Assembly (NCBI GenBank): GCA_027923505.1
Contig: BROI01000028.1
Location: 310,001-374,000, forward strand
From: Mayamaea pseudoterrestris
Taxonomy: Eukaryota
Direction of reading: 5' to 3'
Length of the DNA stretch: 64,000 nucleotides
The position numbers were made by a program, and so were the translations under genes. Shown here one piece after another: positions 55,398 through 64,000 of the stretch; positions within the stretch are counted from its first letter, which is position 1, and every line of letters starts with the position of its first letter. Under the pieces are notes generated by a model. It did not search any database. It was given only the letters and a program-made list of their open reading frames with translations, and was not told the DNA's origin.

Positions 55398-57096
55398 ATG
55401 AGCGAAGAAGAAAAGCCTAGGTATGAATGAAGGATGCACTGCACTGTATAGTTTCAAGTCGGGACGTGAAGAGGCATAGCTACGCTGAGTGCACTAGCGA
55501 TGCTCCTTCGATCGATTTTCATTGTCCACGTTTGCGCGCGGAGGGTTATGGGTTGCATTTTCTGTGCTGCAGTCGCCTGACATGCACTGCTTTCTCCTTT
55601 GTTGTAACGCAGTGAGCAACCTCCAGCTGAGAATGGAGGTGAAGGAGGTGGACCTCCTGAAGATGGCGGCCTGACGGACGCCGACTTTGAGTCCAATTGG
55701 GATGAAACGACTGAGACGTTTGACGCCATGGAGTTGCCCGAGGAGCTTTTGCGTGGAATTTTCAGCTACGGTTTTGAGAAACCTTCGGCTATTCAGCAGC
55801 GAGCGATCAAGCCAGTCATGCTTGGAAAGGATTTGATTGCTCAAGCGCAGTCTGGAACGGTGAGTTAGCAAGGGCAAGAGATGAGAAAGTGGTGCTGTCG
55901 GAATGCATTCTTTCGCGCACGCACTCGTATGCATTGACTCAAGGAAGGATGAAACAAGTTAAACACCATCTTTCGAGTCTGAATAGAGTCATCCTCGACG
56001 TGTCTGACAATCTTAACTCGAAATCAGACCTTGGAGACAGCATGCTATTAAATGTGTCGGCAGTGGCATTCTTAACTAGTGTTTGCTCACCTCTCCTACT
56101 TCTCCTATTTACTTTTAGGGTAAAACGGCGACTTTTGCGGTCGGGACTCTTGCCAAGGTCGACCCCAAGCTCAAGGAATGCCAAGCGCTTATCCTTGCCC
56201 CGACGCGCGAGCTGGCACAGCAGATTCAAAAGGTTGTGCTTGCCCTTGGCGACTACATGGACATTGCGGTGCATGCCTGCGTCGGAGGAACGGCAGTGCG
56301 GGACGACATTCGCACCTTGAACGATGGTGTTCATGTTGTTGTTGGAACACCTGGTCGCGTCTTTGACATGATCAATCGTCGCGCTCTTCGACTCGACAGC
56401 ATTAAGCAGTTTATGCTCGACGAGGCCGACGAGATGCTTTCCCGTGGATTCAAGGATCAAATCTATGACATTTTCAAGTTTTTGCCCGAAACCGTTCAAG
56501 TGTGTCTTTTCTCGGCTACCATGCCTTTGGAAGTTCTTGAAGTGACGGAGCGATTCATGCGCTCGCCAGTCCGCATCCTTGTCAAGAAGGATGAGCTTAC
56601 GCTCGAAGGTATCAAGCAGTTTTACATTGCGGTTGAGCGCGAGGACTGGAAGCTTGACACACTCTGCGATCTTTACGAGACGTTGACCATTACGCAGGCG
56701 ATTATCTACTGCAACACGCGGCGTAAGGTTGACTGGCTTCGGGACGAGATGCAGGCTCGCGACTTTACCGTCTCATGCATGCACGGAGACATGGATCAGC
56801 GCGAGCGTGATATCATTATGCGAGAGTTTCGTACCGGCTCGTCTCGTGTATTGATCACGACGGATCTTTTGGCTCGTGGTATTGATGTTCAACAGGTGTC
56901 GTTGGTCATTAACTTTGACCTACCGACGAATCGCGAGAATTACATTCATCGTATCGGTCGTTCCGGACGATTTGGTCGTAAGGGTGTGGCGATTAACTTT
57001 CTCACAGAGGGTGATGTTCGTTATCTTCGTGATATTGAGCAGTTTTACACCACGGAGATTACGGAAATGCCGCAGGATGTTGCCGATTTGATCTAA
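55398..57096 (+). CDS. EIF4A: Translation initiation factor eIF4A (DEAD-box helicase)
   Basis: Exons 55398-55420, 55613-55859 and 56119-57096. Motifs [31 protein letters not shown] and [13 protein letters not shown]. Confidence 0.96.
55935..56010 (+). ncRNA. Candidate intronic box C/D snoRNA, SNORD2/snR39B-like
   Basis: Lies in eIF4A intron 2. C-like box AGGATGA (55946-55952), guide CACCATCTTTCG followed by AGT and CTGA (55979-55982), and a second CTGA at 56004-56007. The guide is antisense to the conserved LSU rRNA segment CGAAAGAUGGUG. Boundaries are uncertain. Confidence 0.7.
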
Positions 57097-57196
57097 TGCA
57101 AACGCGGGTAATAGGGCGCGCTAAGAAATGATAGTATATGTATTAATGTTTCTCATTGATATCATTGTAAAATGTAAATATGCTTGAGCTGCATGT

Positions 57197-58099
57197 TTAA
57201 TAGTGCGTTTCCTTGTCTTCAGGTTTGAGTGGTTCCTCGCCACTGTTTGAAATCGTCACGACTTCCACAGGCTTGCCGCCATAAGTTCCCTTTGCTTCCA
57301 CCTGCTCGAGCAAGTCATGTCCTTCAAGTACAACGCCAAAAGCTACATGCTTGTCATTCAGCCATTGCGTCTTGACTAGTGTAATGAGAAACTGGCTTCC
57401 ATTGCAGTTTCGCTCGCCGCAATTGCTCATGGAAAGCATGTAGGGCCGATTGTGGTTCACTTCAAATGACTCGTCCTCAAATGGATGACCAAAAATGGAC
57501 TCGCCACCAACGCCGGTGCCATGTGTAAAATCTCCGCCTGTAGAAAAATGAAAGTGAAGGAAGCTTGTTGAGATGATCAAGTAAATTATGGAACAGTTTG
57601 CGTATTCGTCACAAACTTTCGTACACCACCAATACCGATGCTAGCATGATTCATCCATACCTTGAATGAAAAAATCTGGAATAATTCGATGAAACGTTGT
57701 GCCCTTGTAGCAAAGCTCCTTGCCCGACTTTTGGCCGACGCCTACATTACACTTGGCCAAGCCGAGAAAATTTTCTACAGTCTTCGGGGTCGTCTTGCCA
57801 AACAAGCCAAAGACAATCTTCCCAATATTTTGGCCTGCTACTTCAATTTCAAAAAATACGCGATGCGTAATCTCTGGTAATGTTCTGCAAGTGTGAAATA
57901 GGCGAGTGTTGTGCGACAAAGAGGTGAGCAGGCGACACAAAATGACGTGTCGCTTCATCTCCGCGTTTCATGGTCCAACTCACGGAATTGGGTCCATTAG
58001 CGGCGGAATCGCCTTTTTCATTGGCACCTCATGGCCTGCACATGCTCTCCAGAGAGAGACTACAAGTAGGGTCCTGCAACAGCGCCGCATCGTGCCCAT
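57197..58099 (-). CDS. Cyclophilin-type peptidyl-prolyl isomerase with a signal peptide
   Basis: Exons 58099-57984, 57884-57661 and 57537-57197. Motifs PKTVENF, FHRIIPDFFIQ|GGDFT, NGSQF and WLNDKHVAFG. Confidence 0.92.
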
Positions 58100-58324
58100 G
58101 TTGAATTGTGTCGGACGAGCGACGAGGGACGACTCGGAGGCTCGGAGGCACGCCGGCGTGCGTTGGAAGCCATGCTCGTGCAAGCCTGGCAGGCGCGCAT
58201 GGCACTTCCAAATGCACATGCAGAATATACCGGTATGGTGGCAAGCTTAGTACACCAAGACTTACTTCATTTGGTATGTAGAAGTGTATTGATTACTAAT
58301 CCTGATGGCTTGCTCCAACTGACT

Positions 58325-58610
58325 GCATAATATAAGTGCTTGGAAACAAACTGGGAGCTACAGAGGGTGACAAGCTTGGTGCTGCACTGGGAAGGGCACT
58401 GGGAAGGAGACTGGGTCCTGTGCCAGGTGAGTCACTGGGCTTGGCACACAGATCACTTGATGGCAAACTTGATGGCAAGCTGCTGGGTTGGGTACTTTGA
58501 GCCAAACTTGGAGCTACAGAGGGTAACAAGCTTGATGCTGTACTTGGAAGGAAACTGGGTCATGCGCTAGGTGACTCACTTTGGGCTTGGCACTTGGATC
58601 ACTTGACAGA
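58325..58610 (-). repeat. Decayed PSxxPS-type repeat, same family as 36970-37905
   Basis: Shares ACAGAGGGTGACAAGCTTGGTGCTGCACT, GATGGCAAACTTGATGGCA and TGCGCTAGGTGACTCACTT with island 1. Confidence 0.75.
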
Positions 58611-58611
58611 G

Positions 58612-60605
58612 CATCATTATTCCATCTGCGCTACAAGATGGTTTGCCTGGCTGGTGACTTAGTAGACTGCAATGAGATTGGTGACAAGTTGTCACCAGTC
58701 TCAGCCCGCAGATGCCGTGACATTCAAACGCCCCTACAGCAAGCCCTGTAGGTGCCCAAAATACACCAGAATGGTGCCAACATCATTATTCAGGCTGCGC
58801 TACAAGATGGTATGCCTGGCTAGTGTCTCAGGGGATGGCAATGTATTTGGTGACAACTTGTCACCAGTCTCAGCCCGCAGATGCCGTGACATTCAAACGC
58901 CCCTACAGCAAGCCCTGTAGGTGCCCAAAATACACCAGAATGGTGCCAACATCATTATTCAGGCTGCGCTACAAGATGGTAGGCTTGGCTGGTGTCTCAG
59001 GGGATGGCAATGTATTTGGTGACAACTTGTCACCAGTCTCAGCCCACAGATGCCATGACATTCAAATGCCCCCACAGCAAGCCATGTGAACATCCAAATT
59101 ACACCAGAATGATGCCAACATCATTAATCAGGCTGCGTTAGATGATGGTATGCTTGATTAGTGTCTCAGGGGATGGCAAGTCTCAGCCTGCAGATGCCGT
59201 GACATTCAAACGCCCCTACAGCAGGCCCTGTAGGTGCCCAAATGACACCAGAATGGTGCCAACATCATTATTCAGGCTGCGCTACAAGATGGTAGGCCTG
59301 GCTGGTGTCTCAGGGGATGGCAATGTATTTGGTGACAACTTGTCACCAGTCTCAGCCCGCAGATGCCGTGACATTCAAACGCCCCTACAGCAAGCCCTGT
59401 AGGTGCCCAAAATGCACCAGAATGGTGCCAACATCATTATTCAGGCTGCGCTACAAGATGGTATGCTTGGCTGGTGTCTCAGGGGATGGCAATGTAATTG
59501 GTGACAACTTGTCACCAGTCTCAGCCTGCAGATGCCGTGACATTCAAACGCCCCTACAGCAGGCCCTGTAGGTGCCCAAAATACACCAGAATGGTGCCAA
59601 CATCATTATTCAGGCTGCGCTACAAGATGGTAGGCTTGGCTGGTGTCTCAGGGGATGGCAATGATATTGGTGACAACTTGTCACCAGTCTCAGCCCGCAG
59701 ATGCCGTGACATTCAAACGCCCCTACAGCAAGCCCTGTAGGTGCCCAAAATACACCAGAATGGTGCCAACATCATTATTCAGGCTGCGCTACAAGATGGT
59801 ATGCTTGGCTGGTGTCTCAGGGGATGACAATGTATTTGGTGACAACTTGTCACCAGTCTCAGCCCGCAGATGCCGTGACATTCAAACGCCCCTACAGCAA
59901 GCCCTGTAGGTACCCAAAATACACACAAATGGTGCCAACATCATGATTCAGGCTGCGCTACAAGATGGTAGGCCTGGCTAGTGTCTCAGGGGATGGCAAT
60001 GATATTGGTGACAACTTGTCACCAGTCTCAGCCCGCAGATGCCGTGACATTCAAATGCCCCTACAGCAGGCCATGTAGGTGCCCAAAATACACCAGAATG
60101 GTGCCAACATCATTATTCAGGCTGCGCTACAAGATGGTATGCCTGGCTAGTGTCTCAGGGGATGGCAATGATATTGGTGACAACTTGTCACCAGTCTCAG
60201 CCTGCAGATGCCGTGACATTCAAACGCCCCTACAGCAGGCCCTGTAGGTGCCCAAAATACACCAGAATGGTGCCAACATCATTATTCAGGCTGCGCTACA
60301 AGATGGTAGGCTTGGCTGGTGTCTCAGGGGATGGCAATGTATTTGGTGACAACTTGTCACCAGTCTCAGCCTGCAGATGCCGGGACATTCAAACGCCCCT
60401 ACAGCAAGCCCTGTAGGTACCCCAAATACACCAGAAGGGTGCCAACATCATTATTCAGGCTGCTCTACAAGATGGTAGGCTTGGCTGGTGTCTCAGGGGA
60501 TGGCAATGTATTTGGTGACAACTTGTCACCAGTCTCAGCCGCAGATGCCGTGACATTCAAACGCCCCTACAGCAAGCCCTGTAGGTGCCTAAAATACACC
60601 CAAAG
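58612..60605. repeat. 169-bp tandem satellite, about 12 units
   Basis: CATCATTATT recurs at 58612, 58781, 58950 and onward; near-identical ORF-track peptides repeat every 169 bp. Confidence 0.97.
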
Positions 60606-63600
60606 TGACACGATAATATCAGACGAACCTTTATTCCAGCGACTACAATGGACTCGGAGCGATCAACCTCTTCGTCCAGCGTAAAGCAAACAAACAAACT
60701 CAATTGCTAGAATAGTGCATGTTACTCGCTACTCTACTCGTGCGCTTCTTTCTCGTTCTCACTGGGTTCACGGTCGAGGTTCACGCCTCGATCGTCAGCG
60801 ATTTCACTCATGTATGTGAGGATTCGGTCACAAGTGTGACTCAACCCTGCACAGGATTAAATGCATACAAAACACAGGTAGCTAACCGTCTTGTCATGAG
60901 ACGCAGGTCAACTCAACTCAATAATATTGTGTCATCCCCCTTGATCTAGGCTTGTGACAACGATCGGTTTGCCGTATCACCCTTCCAGAAAAGAATCGGA
61001 ATGATCAGGGGTCGGAACGTGGCATGCGGCAAGAACTTGGTAAGAACGTCGGCGACGTTCTGCTTGCCGAAGATGTGCTCAAAGTACAGAACATTGCTTG
61101 CAATGGCCTCGCGAACTCGGTGGTAGGCGAGCGCATTGTGTCGCTTAGAAAGTGTGGAGTGCGGGATCGTTGACGACTTCTTGACACTTTCGTTGTCGCC
61201 GAACATCCAGGCTGGTCCACTCAAAGGAACTCCCAACATGCGTAGGGAGTATCGGAAATCCATAATCTGTTCCGTCGCGGTCTTGGCGACGACGAACTCG
61301 GATCCGTACGTTGCAGTCTCAACAGTATTCTGACGCTTGCAGAACCATTCGACGGGCGTCTGGTTCAGGAAATGCAGGACTCCCATTGCGGAACGTCCAG
61401 TAGTGTAATCATGGTACAGGTTCGCGTCCATAAAGGTAGTTAGTTGCACAGGCTTGCCCTTCGGGATCGGCATGTTCCACGGAAGCTCTTCGCTTGAGTT
61501 GCCGTAGACCGATTGCAACCAATCATACTTGGTAGGTTCCCCGTGATCGACGATCTTCGTCCGGAAACGAATCGCCGCATCAGGGTACTCAGCTAGGTAA
61601 CCGCAGACTCGCTTGGCTCGGTCCAGGTGTCCGCGGCGCGGGGCGCAGCGGAATCGGCCAAGTGTCATTACGGCACAATGAATGTCAAGTCGACATAGGG
61701 TCACTGCCCACTGGAGGGCACCGATAAGAGACTGGTACTGTTGAATGCCACGGGCATCCAGCTCTTCGGTAAGGTCAAGTTCGGGGTGGTCCCCGTCGTC
61801 AAGCGGTGACTTGCGCTTGCGTGGCTTCTCGCCAAACATGGTCTCGTAGTTCTTGAGCATGCGACCGACGTAGGTCTTCGCGCTCATGCAGAGGGTTCCA
61901 TCGGGATCACGATAGAAGTCGGCTCCAAGGTGATACTTGATGTCGCCGACGCCCTTCAACTTGTACTTGTACTTCTCCTTGAGGAGGTCCGTGAAGGCTT
62001 GTGGATCTTTCATGGCCATAGCCAGATCGTCGACGAACACGCCGACGTACTCGTAGTGAGTGCCACAGTCTTTCATCCAGACGTCAGGGTCCGCGTAACT
62101 GGGGTAGAATCCAATGTCGCGGAGTGTGTCGGCAAAGTGCTCATGCCAACGCGCGCCAGAAGTGCGCAATCCGTATAGTGCCTTGTAGATGACCAAGGTA
62201 TGGCCTTCCAATGGTCCAAACTCGGGACCGGCAACAATGTAGACCTTTTCCTTGGTCTTGGCCTCGAGGTAGGCGTTACCGACATCGGCAGCCCAAAACT
62301 TGAGGTCGTTCAGTTCAGCTAACAGTGCTATGGTTCGGATGCTTCGCATAGATACAACGCCGGAGTAGGCGGAGTCCTTGGGCGGAGCGGTCAAATGTCC
62401 CCCGGCGACGAGTCGGGCCTTACGTCGTAGATCGTTCTTGCAGTCGAAAACAAGATGCGCGTTGATGCGCTTCCAGTCACTTTCCATGAAGGCACCGATG
62501 CCCTTGTCGATGAAAGTGTCGTACTCGTGTAGCTGCTCCATCTCAGTCTTGACGGCGTCAGCCCACAGGGTGTTTCCATTAGCAGCGTCGAGGCGGTTCG
62601 CTTCCTTCCAGGTATTAGGAACTTGAACGCCAAACTTGAAACGCGCTTCTTGGACACGGTTCTTCTTTGCAGCCTTGCACATGCGGTTAAACATTTTAGT
62701 GCGTCCTGCCATGCGCCTCAAGCGCTTCCATCCATCCTTTTCCAGCATACCCTTGCGCTTGCCGTACTCGGCAACGGTCACAGGGTCGGACTTGATAATC
62801 AATGCGAGTGGCTCCCAGGTCTTCTCGCCATTTGCCCATTGGATGAGCAAGTTGTAGGATGAGCCGCGATACGTAGCGTCGGCTTGTGTCAGTGGACCTT
62901 CATGTCCGTCAATGAAATCAAACTTGTAGTACTGGTCGTCGTTGTCATCGTCCCCCAGTCGTAAAGAATCTTGCCGCTCGCACAGGTCGGCTAGTTCGTT
63001 GTAGGTAATAAGCTCGTCGACGTCGCCGTCGCCGAGACTCAATCGGAACTTGATGATCTTGTGGTTGGCTTCATCGCGATCGTTCAGTTGCTCGATAACC
63101 TTGTAACGTCGCGTGGAGCCGTCTTCCTCGTCAAGAAGGACAGTGCGTCCCATCAGTTCAGCCGGAGTAAAGGACGGCATGGGTCCGTCGGGATCCAAAC
63201 CGGCTAACTCGGCAGCGCTTTCCAACGTGAATGCGTCTTCATCCACGGTTCCCCCAGAATCAGGCGCTGGGGTCGGTGTAAGGTCGTGTTCAAACACCGG
63301 ACCGACTAGGTCATACTCATCGTCAAACTCGTCGACAGTTTCGACTTGGACTCGTTCACGCGCGGGGCGCGCGTCGAAGACAGGTTCCGCGAACAGTGGT
63401 CGTTCGGACTCGGGTTCAGGAGCGCTTTCAGCTTCAGCGCGTAGGTTACGTCCTTCGGAGAAGGGACGAACGTTGGATCGGACGACAACCATTCCAGTCC
63501 GATCGGATCGAACTTGGTACGTGAGGATGTCACCCTTGTTCTCTGCAATGCCGACCCAGCGTCCTGCTGCTTCCTTGGTGTGAGGAAATGTCGGCGGCTC

Positions 63601-64000
63601 GTCAGCTCACTGGGACTCGTTCCCAGAACTTGAACTGCAGGAACGGCGAAATGTCGGGTACTCGGTTGAAGGCGGCTTCAGTAGGGGTCTTCCAGTTGAG
63701 GGACTCGGTCGCCAGATTGTTGAATAAGGCGATTACGTACAGCGCGCATAGGAGCCAGGCTCCAGCGGGTGCGCCCGTACGGTTCATGATGTTCTGGACT
63801 GATGACTTGACTTCTTGGATGCGACGCTCGGCAGGGTTCTGGTTCTGGTATCCGGGCTCGCTCTGTTGGTCACGAATCGCGTAGAATCGCAACAAGGTTT
63901 CAACTTGCTTCCCGAGCTGCACTCGCGAGTTATCGCTAATGAGCAAGTCGGGAGCGCCAATGTCTCGAATGAAGTCTTCGAGCGCCATGGGCATGTCACT
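60606..64000 (-). mobile_element. Second Ty1/Copia (CoDi-like) retrotransposon, 3' part
   Basis: 3' LTR at 60606-60934 bounded by TGACAC..GTGTCA, PPT AAGGGGGA (minus strand) adjacent to it, and IN-RT-RH order. Unrelated in sequence to the first element. Confidence 0.93.
60946..64000 (-). pseudogene. pol: Copia pol (integrase core, chromo-like domain, RT, RNase H) with one frameshift near 63605
   Basis: SDNS..QNPAERRIQE integrase; RKARLVAGGH, DVGNAYL, KALYGL and FVDD RT; DAN..GSEF..GDN..ADVLTK RNase H. The integrase frame stops at 63602 and continues in another frame as EPPTFPHTKEAAGRWVGIAENKGD. Confidence 0.88.

Noticed and set aside
58672..60684. Series of 80-121 aa ORFs
   Set aside because: These are artefacts of a 169-bp monomer that is not divisible by 3.
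60934..60944. PPT region of the second Copia (TCAAGGGGGAT on the minus strand) matches 11 nt of the TIR at 29090-29100
   Set aside because: It is a short purine-rich match with no further homology, so probably chance.

Overview
Eukaryotic nuclear DNA, most likely from a diatom or related stramenopile. The evidence is compact genes with short spliceosomal introns, bipartite signal+ASAF-type plastid presequences and CoDi-like Copia elements. About 25 protein genes lie in two gene-dense blocks (1-28.9 kb and 41.7-58.1 kb). They include MCM2, APX, PGAM, a 5'-nucleotidase, HSF, two type-II LRR membrane proteins, DedA/TVP38, TM9SF, ClpR, ATP synthase b, VPS35, RRF, a YqaJ/lambda-exonuclease-like protein, REXO4, a TPR protein, a lactonase, Trx-z, an SDR, eIF4A and a cyclophilin. 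Two repeat islands interrupt them. Island 1 (29.1-41.5 kb) holds a TIR element, a full-length Copia (435-bp LTRs, GGTCT TSD), decayed Pro/Ser repeats and a 180-bp satellite. Island 2 (58.3-64 kb) holds the same decayed Pro/Ser repeats, a 169-bp satellite and a second Copia with a chromo-like domain. The most notable signals are a SNORD2/snR39B-like C/D snoRNA in an eIF4A intron, a Copia primer-binding site complementary to the D-arm of initiator tRNA-Met instead of a tRNA 3' end, a TIR element with recombinase-like GACC-GG-GGTC junctions, a probably plastid-targeted phage-type exonuclease, and the shared layout of the two satellite islands. All family assignments come from motifs recognised by eye; no searches were run.
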